From positions 1 through 59,951 of the IMG/VR virus record IMGVR_UViG_3300035683_000005: 59,951 nt of DNA; one strand, written 5' to 3'. This DNA comes from a virus. The stretch's first letter is position 1. Each line of letters starts with the position of its first letter. The notes under the pieces are model-generated. The model worked only from the letters and a program-made list of their open reading frames with translations, did no database searches and was not told the DNA's origin. The position numbers were made by a program, and so were the translations under genes. Positions 16,320 to 23,616 of this stretch are shown here, piece after piece.

Positions 16320-16698
16320 TCACTCTGTCGAGGCCTTTCGCTACGCCTTTGAGCGCGAGTACGGCACCGATCCAGGACAGGATGAAGATTTCGTCGTTTA
16401 CCGTGGCATCAGAGTGACGTACTCGTCACGGGGCGACAGTGCGCATACTCACGGTCCGGATGTCATATCCGATATCAGTGGCGACGGGTACTGGCAGGGG
16501 CCTGACGATGATGTCACGTGGGAGCGTGCCGAATGGCGGCTCTTTTGCCCGACCTGTAACAACGTCCTTGACACAACCGACGCTGGCGTTAAATTCGTAG
16601 GCAAGGGGTACGTGCGTTGGACCGGTCTCATCTGCGGTTGCTGCGGTCACTCACACACCATTGAAGCGGTAAGGGGCAGCTTGTATGCTCAGAAATGA
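16306..16698 (+). CDS. Hypothetical zinc-ribbon protein, 130 aa (CPTCNN...CGCCGH)
   Basis: ORF track. Confidence 0.55.
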   Translation: MNSSDHSVEAFRYAFEREYGTDPGQDEDFVVYRGIRVTYSSRGDSAHTHGPDVISDISGDGYWQGPDDDVTWERAEWRLFCPTCNNVLDTTDAGVKFVGKGYVRWTGLICGCCGHSHTIEAVRGSLYAQK

Positions 16699-16954
16699 TC
16701 TTCCGGTACTGCCGAACCGCCCGATACCTCAGTTCGCGGCGGCGCTTCCTGACAGTCAGATTGTAGCGCGTCTGACAAAGCAGCTGCACGCGAACAGACT
16801 GATCCACAGCTGTATGACGTGCATCCACTTTGCAGAGCATGGCGTTGGTCAGACTGTCCCACCCGAGACGTGTGTGCTTTACAATCAGCGTCCGCCCGCC
16901 CGTGTGATTGCGTACGGGTGTCTGAGCTGGCTCGACGACGACTTGCCCTTTTAA
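16685..16954 (+). CDS. Hypothetical protein, 89 aa
   Basis: ORF track. Confidence 0.5.
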   Translation: MLRNDLPVLPNRPIPQFAAALPDSQIVARLTKQLHANRLIHSCMTCIHFAEHGVGQTVPPETCVLYNQRPPARVIAYGCLSWLDDDLPF

Positions 16955-16962
16955 CAACCCCC

Positions 16963-16991
16963 TTGACGGGGGTGCCGGGTTGCGTTATACT
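16963..16991 (+). promoter_or_regulatory. Promoter, TTGACG-N17-TATACT
   Basis: -35 at 16963-16968, -10 at 16986-16991. Confidence 0.75.
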
Positions 16992-17033
16992 ACTGTCAGG
17001 GTAATAACGTCCACCGTCAAGGGGCAAACCACA

Positions 17034-17756
17034 ATGTCATCAGAATCTGCGAAGTGGGCAGCTGTTATTCAACAGCTGATCGCCAAGGCGCGCAGCACGG
17101 AGAACGAATTCGAGGCCGAGGCATTTCTGAACAAGGCCAACGAGCTGATGGAGAAGTACCAAATCGAGATCGCTGACTTGCACCCCGAGGAGGATGAGGT
17201 CGTCTTCCACGAGGGGGTCACCTTCTCGGCTTCTTCGCACGACTGGATGTGGGAGCTCTACAGGGCCGTCGGTGCCTACTACGGGTGCGAAAGCGTCCGG
17301 GAGGCCTTCTACAAGGCTGGGCAGAAGGGTGATCACCGGCTCCACTACCAGCAGACGCTGATGGGCCGCAAGTCAGCGATCCTCACCACGAACCTCATGT
17401 ACGAGTACCTGAAGGCCGAGGTCGGGCGCCACGGGCGGCGCATTTCGCAGATCACTGGTCTGAGCCCCGCCGCGCAGTCCCGTCGGGTGGGCGCGTCGCT
17501 GGTCGCCCGCATCTTCCGGATCATACCGCAGAAGAACGAAGCCAGGACCGGGGTCGCCCAAGAGCACGCACTCATCACCTTTGACGCCGTGAAGAAGCTG
17601 AAGGAAGAGCGGTACCCCGCCCTCGAAACAATCAAGAAGGGAGCCCGGAAGACGGACAAGCACTCGAGAGAGGCGGCCATGTCCATTAACCTGAACCTCC
17701 AGGCTAAGGGCGGCCACAAGCTGCACCAGATTGGCGGTGGAACGGGCGATTATTAA
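17034..17756 (+). CDS. DUF2786-like protein, 240 aa
   Basis: N-terminal [33 protein letters not shown] matches the DUF2786 pattern as I recall it. Internal ATG of ORF 16980..17756. Confidence 0.55.
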   Translation: MSSESAKWAAVIQQLIAKARSTENEFEAEAFLNKANELMEKYQIEIADLHPEEDEVVFHEGVTFSASSHDWMWELYRAVGAYYGCESVREAFYKAGQKGDHRLHYQQTLMGRKSAILTTNLMYEYLKAEVGRHGRRISQITGLSPAAQSRRVGASLVARIFRIIPQKNEARTGVAQEHALITFDAVKKLKEERYPALETIKKGARKTDKHSREAAMSINLNLQAKGGHKLHQIGGGTGDY

Positions 17757-17771
17757 GGTTTTTGGTCCCCC

Positions 17772-17800
17772 TTGACAGTACCGTATAGGGGGGTTACATT
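17772..17800 (+). promoter_or_regulatory. Promoter, TTGACA-N17-TACATT
   Basis: -35 at 17772-17777, -10 at 17795-17800. Confidence 0.7.
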
Positions 17801-17843
17801 AGGGTCAGGCATACGGCAACCGGCAAACAACCAAGGGGCACAG

Positions 17844-18347
17844 ATGGCAACCGAACAGACCGAGATCCCAGCCGCCGAAGAAGCACCGGGCGTGCGTCGC
17901 TTCGAGCGGTCGGAGCTTCAGTCCATCCAGATGGGGGTGCTGTTCCCCATCGCTGAGATGATGAAGATCCACCGCTACGCGGAACTGACGCGTGCTGCGC
18001 TGGTCGAGAAGATTTATGTCATCCAGCACCTGCACCCGAAGGCGATGGAAGCGTTGATCGAAAAACTCGCGAAAATCGAGGACAACCAGCGCCGCAGGCT
18101 TGCGGAAGACGCTCCAAAGACGGTACGGGTGGCGGCCGACGGTACTGAGGTGCCGGTGAAACCACGGGAAAAGAGCGCGGCAGACAGCCCGGTGAAGCGC
18201 GTGTGGGCCATCTGCAATTCGATGCCGAACGCTGCCCGCAAGCACATCATCACCAAGTGCATCGAGCAGGGTGTCAACCCGAACACCGCCGCCACACAGT
18301 ACGCCGCGTGGAAGCGGGACCGGGCGGCAAATGCCGTGGGTGCGTAA
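17844..18347 (+). CDS. Hypothetical protein, 167 aa, carrying the repeated C-terminal module (KRVWAICNSM...RKHIITKCIEQGVNPNTAATQYAAWKR)
   Basis: ATG preceded by caaccaaggggcacag, in the frame of ORF 17772..18347. Confidence 0.65.
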   Translation: MATEQTEIPAAEEAPGVRRFERSELQSIQMGVLFPIAEMMKIHRYAELTRAALVEKIYVIQHLHPKAMEALIEKLAKIEDNQRRRLAEDAPKTVRVAADGTEVPVKPREKSAADSPVKRVWAICNSMPNAARKHIITKCIEQGVNPNTAATQYAAWKRDRAANAVGA

Positions 18348-18442
18348 CTGGCACCTGGTTTTACCCACCTAGCACCCCATACAACGTGCGGGGGCAGGGT
18401 GCCCGGTAGGGGAGTAAGGGTACGTGAAAACGGTGCGTTATA

Positions 18443-18515
18443 AGGGGTTTGGTGTAGTGGCCTATCACGCCTGCCTTTGGAGCAGGAAACACGGGTTCGA
18501 ATCCCGTAGCCCCAA
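18443..18515 (+). tRNA. tRNA-Gln (anticodon UUG)
   Basis: Hand-folded cloverleaf. Acceptor aggggtt/agcccca with an A1-A72 mismatch. D arm gtgt-agtggccta-tcac. Anticodon arm cctgc-cTTTGga-gcagg. T arm acggg-ttcgaat-cccgt. Confidence 0.8.
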
Positions 18516-18571
18516 TGTGCCGCCGGGGGCATAAGCCCGGATCTGACAAACCCTGTACGATGGAGCGACCG

Positions 18572-18763
18572 ATGACCGGCAAGGAGCTGATCCAGCAGAT
18601 CAAGGACAACAACGCGGAGGGCAAGGAGATCCTCATGCAGGACGCGGAGGGGGCGTACTTCCCCATCAGCATGGTCGAGTCCGACCCCTTCGGCGACAAG
18701 ACCTTCGCGCTGATCCCCGAGGAGGAGCAGTTCGACGAGGACAGCGTCGAGGACGAGGAGTAG
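18572..18763 (+). CDS. Hypothetical highly acidic protein, 63 aa
   Basis: ATG preceded by gatggagcgaccg, in the frame of ORF 18515..18763. C-terminus EEEQFDEDSVEDEE. Confidence 0.55.
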   Translation: MTGKELIQQIKDNNAEGKEILMQDAEGAYFPISMVESDPFGDKTFALIPEEEQFDEDSVEDEE

Positions 18764-18810
18764 CCGGTCGAGGTTCGGGTGAACGCGACTCCCTTGAGCT
18801 GAGATCGGTG

Positions 18811-18918
18811 GTGCGTGTGGTGTAGCGGCAACACGGTTCCGAGGCCAGGAGCCCTCCTGCTAGCGGAGCAAGTGCGATAGGTACAGTTCAGCCGCAGGTT
18901 CGAATCCTGCCACGTATC
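18811..18918 (+). tRNA. Atypical 108-nt tRNA-like gene. Acceptor, D arm and T arm are canonical, with about 35 extra nt in the anticodon/variable region. Possible intron-containing, suppressor-like or pseudo tRNA.
   Basis: Acceptor gtgcgtg/cacgtat with 2 G-U pairs. D arm gtgt-agcggca-acac. T arm gcagg-ttcgaat-cctgc. The central 58 nt offer alternative hairpins, one with the 7-nt loop UGCUAGC. Confidence 0.45.
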
Positions 18919-19038
18919 ATGCCCATGTCAGGGGGCTTGAAGACCCGACGAGTAGCACCAGACGGCAGAGATCCCTTGACCTGGGTGTGACGCGCCCCGC
19001 CCCGGTCCTATCTTCAAGGGCGCACGACAACACAAGGA

Positions 19039-19581
19039 ATGACGCACATGGCACAAGGTGCACGCAAGCCCGGACGGGCGGGTTCCGCCCCTACCACCGA
19101 GACGACGTCGAACACGGAGCCCGCTGCGGCGACGGCCGAGAACACCCCTGCCTCCGAGACCACCGCCACCGCTCCGGTGACGGAGTCGGCCCCGACGGCC
19201 ACCGAGCCGACACCGGCCCCCGCGGCCGAACCCGCCCAGCCGGCGCCGCCGGCCGCCGCGACGAAGCCGGCCAGGGACCAGAAGAACGGGATCACGCGCC
19301 CCGCCGGGAACACCGCGACCGGTCGGGTGTGGGCCATCGCCGACGAGCTGACCACCACCAAGCGCGCTGCCGAGGGTGCCAACGGCGACGAGCGCGCGGG
19401 TCGCAAGGAGGTGATCGACGCTTTCACCGCCGAGGGCGGGAACCAGTCGACCGGCGCCACGCAGTTCGGCCGCTGGCTGCGCTACAACGGGTTCACCGAG
19501 GCGCGCGCCGGTGCTGCCCAGCCCGCCGCGGCGCAGCCCGCGCCCGCGACGGTGGAACCCGCCGAGGCGGTCGAGGCGTAG
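19039..19581 (+). CDS. Hypothetical protein, 180 aa. Ala/Thr/Pro-rich N-terminus plus the repeated module (RVWAIADEL...RKEVIDAFTAEGGNQSTGATQFGRW).
   Basis: ORF track. RBS acaaggaatgacgcac. Confidence 0.65.
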   Translation: MTHMAQGARKPGRAGSAPTTETTSNTEPAAATAENTPASETTATAPVTESAPTATEPTPAPAAEPAQPAPPAAATKPARDQKNGITRPAGNTATGRVWAIADELTTTKRAAEGANGDERAGRKEVIDAFTAEGGNQSTGATQFGRWLRYNGFTEARAGAAQPAAAQPAPATVEPAEAVEA

Positions 19582-19602
19582 TCCACAACGGTCGCCGAAG
19601 TT

Positions 19603-19635
19603 CGAGGGCGGGGGTACGCACCCCCGCCCTTCGTG
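19603..19635 (+). terminator. GC-rich hairpin after gene 19039..19581, a possible terminator
   Basis: agggcggggg-tacgca-cccccgccct, followed by tcgtgtc. Confidence 0.4.
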
Positions 19636-19658
19636 TCTACCTCAACGACCATCCGAAC

Positions 19659-20417
19659 ATGGAAGTTCTGAACAACCAGCCTCCGATGGGTACCGACCGG
19701 CACGCATTGGGGCAGCTAAAGGTTCACAGCTACTTCCCGACGATCCAGGGCGAAGGTATCTTCGCGGGACAAGCTGCGTTCTTCATTCGGCTGATGGGCT
19801 GCAATCTGCAATGCCCAGGATGCGACACCGAGTACACCACGGACGCTCCGCTCTTGCTGTATCCCCGCGCCGTTGTTGAGCTCCTCGAAACGGCCGGTCG
19901 CCACTACGGCGACTTGGTCGTCATCACCGGCGGCGAACCCTTCCGTCAGAACATCACGCCGGCGGTTCTGGAACTCGTGGAACACGGCTACCACGTTCAA
20001 ATCGAAACCAACGGCACGCTCTACCTCGAGAACTTTCCGAAGAGCGAGGAAGTCACGATCGTCTGCAGCCCAAAAACCGCACGGATTAACCCCGTTTTGG
20101 CCGCCCGTGTGGACGCTTTCAAATACGTGATTCAGGCAGGCCACGTTGCGGACGATGGTCTTCCGACGGACGCGCTCTACAACCTCGCCGGCATTGGGCG
20201 TGATCCCGTACGTACGGGTCGCATTGCACGTCGGGTTGCACGGCCGCCGGACGAGTGGGAGGGTCCTGTCTACGTTCAACCGATGGATGAGAAGGACGAT
20301 GTAAAGAACCTGAACAACTTGCGGGAGGCGGCGCGTACCGTGATGAACGGTAGCCCGCGCGACGAGCTGCTCTACGTCCTTGGTACGCAGATGCACAAGG
20401 ACATCGGGCTGCCCTGA
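19659..20417 (+). CDS. queE: 7-carboxy-7-deazaguanine synthase (radical SAM QueE)
   Basis: TIQGEGIFAGQAAFFIRLMGCNLQCPGCDTEY is the QueE CxxxCxxC radical-SAM signature. Internal ATG of ORF 18987..20417. Confidence 0.85.
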   Translation: MEVLNNQPPMGTDRHALGQLKVHSYFPTIQGEGIFAGQAAFFIRLMGCNLQCPGCDTEYTTDAPLLLYPRAVVELLETAGRHYGDLVVITGGEPFRQNITPAVLELVEHGYHVQIETNGTLYLENFPKSEEVTIVCSPKTARINPVLAARVDAFKYVIQAGHVADDGLPTDALYNLAGIGRDPVRTGRIARRVARPPDEWEGPVYVQPMDEKDDVKNLNNLREAARTVMNGSPRDELLYVLGTQMHKDIGLP

Positions 20418-20623
20418 TGCTGGACCTCAGCATTAAGCAGCTTGTTACCGTTCGGAATTACATCGTCGAAGGCATAAACGCTGTGAAGCCTTGGACGGAG
20501 TTGCCGGCGGAGCACCAGATGGGGTCGCCCGAGCGGCTCGCCTACCTGGAGGAGTTGTTGTCTCAGGTTGATGAAGAACTTGAACTAAAAAGGGCACACG
20601 CATGTCAAGCGGAACAATCCTAA
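20417..20623 (+). CDS. Hypothetical protein, 68 aa, inside the deazaguanine cluster
   Basis: ORF track. TGATG coupling to queE. Confidence 0.5.
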   Translation: MLDLSIKQLVTVRNYIVEGINAVKPWTELPAEHQMGSPERLAYLEELLSQVDEELELKRAHACQAEQS

Positions 20624-21486
20624 TTCTGTCCGGCGGGCAGGATTCGACGACGGTGCTGTTCTACGCTCGTCAGCAATACTCGGACAGCCCCGTTCACGCC
20701 ATCACCTTCGACTACGGACAACGCCACTCACGCGAGATCGACGCCGCCAGGATCGTTGCGCGGTTGGCTGGAGTGGCGTCGCACGAGGTTCTCGAACTCC
20801 CCCTCGACATCCTCAAGGGCACATCGCCGCTGATCTCGCAAGAACCTCTCGAGCAGTACGCTGACCACAGATCGCTCCCAGGCGGTCTAGAGAAGACGTT
20901 CGTGCCCATGCGGAACCAGCTTTTCCTCACGGTCGCCTTCAACCGCGCGGTGTGTCTCGGCGCACGACGCATCCTGATCGGCGTTTCGCAGGAGGACTAC
21001 GGCGGCTATCCGGACTGCCGTAGGGAGTTCGTCAAGTGGGCCGAGCGGGCTTCAAACATCGGTCTCGGTCTCACACAGCTCAGCACTCCCGCCCAAGGTT
21101 ACATCGAGGTGGAGACACCGCTCATGTCGCTCAGCAAGGCGGAATCGGTGGAGCTTGCGCTCAAGCTACCTGGGTGCTACGAGGCACTCGCGTTCAGTCA
21201 CACGAGCTACGACGGCGAGTACCCACCGCTCGGCAAGGACCACGCGACGCTGTTGAGGGCTAAGGGCTTCGAGGAGGCGAACGTCCCCGATCCACTTATC
21301 CTGCGTGCGGTCTACGAAAACCGCATGCAGCTGCCGAACAGCCCTACCTATAGGCAGAACCCGGACATCGCCGACTTCTACGGGCGTGTCGCCGAAGCGG
21401 TGGACAGAGAGCGGGCGTATCGGCGCCGGGAAGCGGAACAAGGGCAGTTTCCCGCCTACGAGAAGCGCGGCAGGGAGGGTGTCTGA
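20602..21486 (+). CDS. queC: QueC-like 7-cyano-7-deazaguanine synthase homolog. Atypical: the Zn-binding cysteines are absent and there is a C-terminal extension of about 60 aa.
   Basis: LSGGQDSTT, FVPMRN and GGYPDCR motifs are present. The region that aligns with the canonical TCYxG...CGxCxxC reads SHTSYDGEYPPLGKDHATLL. Confidence 0.8.
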   Translation: MSSGTILILSGGQDSTTVLFYARQQYSDSPVHAITFDYGQRHSREIDAARIVARLAGVASHEVLELPLDILKGTSPLISQEPLEQYADHRSLPGGLEKTFVPMRNQLFLTVAFNRAVCLGARRILIGVSQEDYGGYPDCRREFVKWAERASNIGLGLTQLSTPAQGYIEVETPLMSLSKAESVELALKLPGCYEALAFSHTSYDGEYPPLGKDHATLLRAKGFEEANVPDPLILRAVYENRMQLPNSPTYRQNPDIADFYGRVAEAVDRERAYRRREAEQGQFPAYEKRGREGV

Positions 21487-21983
21487 TGTATACAGTCGAG
21501 CGGTACCACGACATTAGTGCCGGCCACCGCGTCGTCGGCGGGGGCAAGTGCGAGAACCTGCACGGCCACAACTACCGGATCTACTTCACTGTCGCGCCAG
21601 AGTCGCGCGGTGTGGTTGAAGTTGTGCGTGACGATGGTCGCTCACACGAGAGTATCTACCATCCGCCGAAGAGACAGCTCGACGACCGGGGCATGGTGAT
21701 CGACTTCGGCGTTGTGAAGACGACACTGTGTGACTGGCTCGAAGAGGTATGGGACCACAAGATGCTGCTGTGGGAGGAAGACCCGATGTGCTTCGCCATC
21801 CACGCGGTGGCTCCCGAGGCGGTTGTCGAGGTCGCATTCAACCCCACCGCGGAGAACATGGCACGCTACCTCGTCGAAGTGGTCGGCCCTCTGCGCCTGA
21901 AGGGGACAGGGGTTCGGCTTGTCAGGGTGCGGGTGGAGGAGACCCGCAAATGCTCTGCAACCTTCGCCCTGCCGGGGTACTGA
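21486..21983 (+). CDS. queD: 6-carboxytetrahydropterin synthase (QueD / PTPS family)
   Basis: KCENLHGHNY is the CxxxHGH motif. 165 aa. TGATG coupling on both sides. Confidence 0.85.
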   Translation: MYTVERYHDISAGHRVVGGGKCENLHGHNYRIYFTVAPESRGVVEVVRDDGRSHESIYHPPKRQLDDRGMVIDFGVVKTTLCDWLEEVWDHKMLLWEEDPMCFAIHAVAPEAVVEVAFNPTAENMARYLVEVVGPLRLKGTGVRLVRVRVEETRKCSATFALPGY

Positions 21984-22888
21984 TGGAGAAAACGAAGCTC
22001 ACGCATGGTGAGGTTGGCGGCCTCGTCGGTGATCTACTACAGAAGTTCGGTGCACTGAATCTGAGGGGTCCGGGTGTCTCAGTGTATGCCGTTCCCCGCG
22101 GCGGGGTGCCCGTGGCGTACCTGCTTGCCGGGCGCGCCCCGGGACTCCGCGTCGTCGACGATCCGATGATCGCCCATGTATTCGTCGACGACATCATCGA
22201 CTCCGGCCGGACACGCGATCGCTACCAGACAACGTATCAGAAGCCGTTTCTCGCCCTCGTGGACAAGCTGGGCGATCCGGCTCACGCGCAGATGGGCTGG
22301 GTGGTGTTCCCCTGGGAACTGTGCGAGGACGGCGCGGACGAGAACATCGAAGAGAACATCGTACGGATTCTCGAGTTCATCGGCGAAGATCCGTCGAGAG
22401 AAGGACTTCATGACACTCCCAAGCGTGTTGCGGCGGCATGGCTGGAGTGGACGTCCGGGTATCGGGTTGACCCGCAAGAACTGATCCGCTGCTTTAGCGA
22501 CGGTGGTGAGGGTTACGACGAGATGGTTCTCGTGCGACAAATTCCGTTCTACAGTCATTGCGAGCACCACATGGCGCCATTCTTCGGCACCGTCGATGTG
22601 GCGTACATCCCAAACGGCAGGATCATTGGTTTATCCAAGATCCCGCGCATCGTTGAGGTGTTCGCGCGTCGCCTTCAAGTTCAGGAGCGCTTAACCGCTC
22701 AGATCGCGATGGCCCTGATGAAGGGACTTGAACCGAAGGGAGTGGCCGTTTCGATCCGTGCTCGTCACCTCTGCATGGAAAGTCGGGGTGTCCACAAGCA
22801 GGGGAGCGACACGGTCACCAACGTGCTTCTCGGTGTCTTTCGCGTGTCGCCACCCGCTCGGGCGGAGTTCATGTCGGCAATCGGCTGA
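21983..22888 (+). CDS. folE: Fusion protein: N-terminal type I phosphoribosyltransferase-like domain plus GTP cyclohydrolase I (FolE)
   Basis: N-terminus VYAVPRGGVPVAYLLA...HVFVDDIIDSGRTRDRY is the PRPP-binding loop. C-terminus FYSHCEHHMAPFFG and QVQERLTAQIA are GCH-I motifs. ATG at 21983 overlaps the queD TGA. Confidence 0.8.
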   Translation: MEKTKLTHGEVGGLVGDLLQKFGALNLRGPGVSVYAVPRGGVPVAYLLAGRAPGLRVVDDPMIAHVFVDDIIDSGRTRDRYQTTYQKPFLALVDKLGDPAHAQMGWVVFPWELCEDGADENIEENIVRILEFIGEDPSREGLHDTPKRVAAAWLEWTSGYRVDPQELIRCFSDGGEGYDEMVLVRQIPFYSHCEHHMAPFFGTVDVAYIPNGRIIGLSKIPRIVEVFARRLQVQERLTAQIAMALMKGLEPKGVAVSIRARHLCMESRGVHKQGSDTVTNVLLGVFRVSPPARAEFMSAIG

Positions 22889-22913
22889 CGGTACCCCGCC
22901 GGGGTTGGCCCCC

Positions 22914-22942
22914 TTGACAGGCAGGCCCCGGCGGGGTATACT
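22914..22942 (+). promoter_or_regulatory. Promoter, TTGACA-N17-TATACT
   Basis: -35 at 22914-22919, -10 at 22937-22942. Confidence 0.75.
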
Positions 22943-22964
22943 ATAGGGGGTATACTATAGGGGG
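22937..22964 (+). repeat. Tandem duplication, 2 x 14 bp, of the -10 block (TATACTATAGGGGG)
   Basis: Read directly: tatactataggggg tatactataggggg. Confidence 0.9.
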
Positions 22965-22998
22965 TGTACGTTGTGATCCTTCAGTAAGCGGAGAGTGC

Positions 22999-23298
22999 AT
23001 GCCATACAACAAGCGCGACCGTGAAACAGCCCCCTTCCGGGATACGCCGGACAGCGTGCAATTCGGACTCTTGTACGACATTGCCGAACTCGAACGGAAC
23101 ATCGTTTCGCTGACAGAGAGCGAAGCTGAACTGCTCGATCGTTTGCGTGGGGTGCGTAAAACGCGCGACAACACTGCGGACAGGATGTACGCGCTTGAGA
23201 GCGCCGTAGACGCTTACGATCGTGCCAAGTACGAGATGAAGCACGATCTCCACTGGCCCCAACAGCGGTATCAGCGGAGGCGAAATGAAACCTGGTGA
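22999..23298 (+). CDS. Hypothetical coiled-coil protein, 99 aa
   Basis: ORF track. RBS gcggagagtgc. Confidence 0.6.
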   Translation: MPYNKRDRETAPFRDTPDSVQFGLLYDIAELERNIVSLTESEAELLDRLRGVRKTRDNTADRMYALESAVDAYDRAKYEMKHDLHWPQQRYQRRRNETW

Positions 23299-23614
23299 TC
23301 GTGTCAGACTAACGGTTGACCTAATCGAGGTCGCTACTGGCGACCATCCTGATTTACTCGTTGCGCCGCGGGGTACAGTAGGCCGATTGGTTCCCCGTTT
23401 TGCTCAGTTCTTCGCGTACTACGTGGAGATTCAAACAACCGCGCGCGGTTATCCGCTGGAAGTGGTTGGAGTCCACTCGCACGAAATTCAATCAGTTGAG
23501 ATTGTGCCCTACACGCCGAAAATTGTCTTCTTCGAGCCAGTGGATCCCGACTACATCGTAGCACGCGTCGAGCACTGCCGGCGATCGATTCTCCGCCTCT
23601 TCAATCAGATCTAG
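23285..23614 (+). CDS. Hypothetical protein, 109 aa
   Basis: ORF track. Confidence 0.55.
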   Translation: MKPGDRVRLTVDLIEVATGDHPDLLVAPRGTVGRLVPRFAQFFAYYVEIQTTARGYPLEVVGVHSHEIQSVEIVPYTPKIVFFEPVDPDYIVARVEHCRRSILRLFNQI

Positions 23615-23616
23615 CT

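Noticed and set aside
18811-18918. Genome-wide stop-codon recoding (amber suppression), prompted by the CUA-containing loop.
   Set aside because: The long essential genes (TMP 1580 aa, tail protein 902 aa, polA, primase) are uninterrupted under the standard code, so there is no evidence of TAG reassignment.
18976-19015. TTGACC ... TATCTT, which looks like another copy of the promoter family upstream of gene 19039.
   Set aside because: The spacer is 27 nt rather than 17, and no acceptable -10 lies at the proper distance. It was not called as a promoter.
18987-19658. A 224-aa Arg-rich N-terminal extension of the queE ORF (track ORF 18987..20417).
   Set aside because: The extension overlaps gene 19039..19581 out of frame and looks like noise. 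QueE homology begins at the ATG at 19659, after a hairpin and an intergenic gap.
21749-21982. An upstream extension of the folE ORF overlapping queD.
   Set aside because: The out-of-frame overlap with the well-supported queD gene argues against it. The ATG at 21983 is coupled to the queD stop (TGATG).
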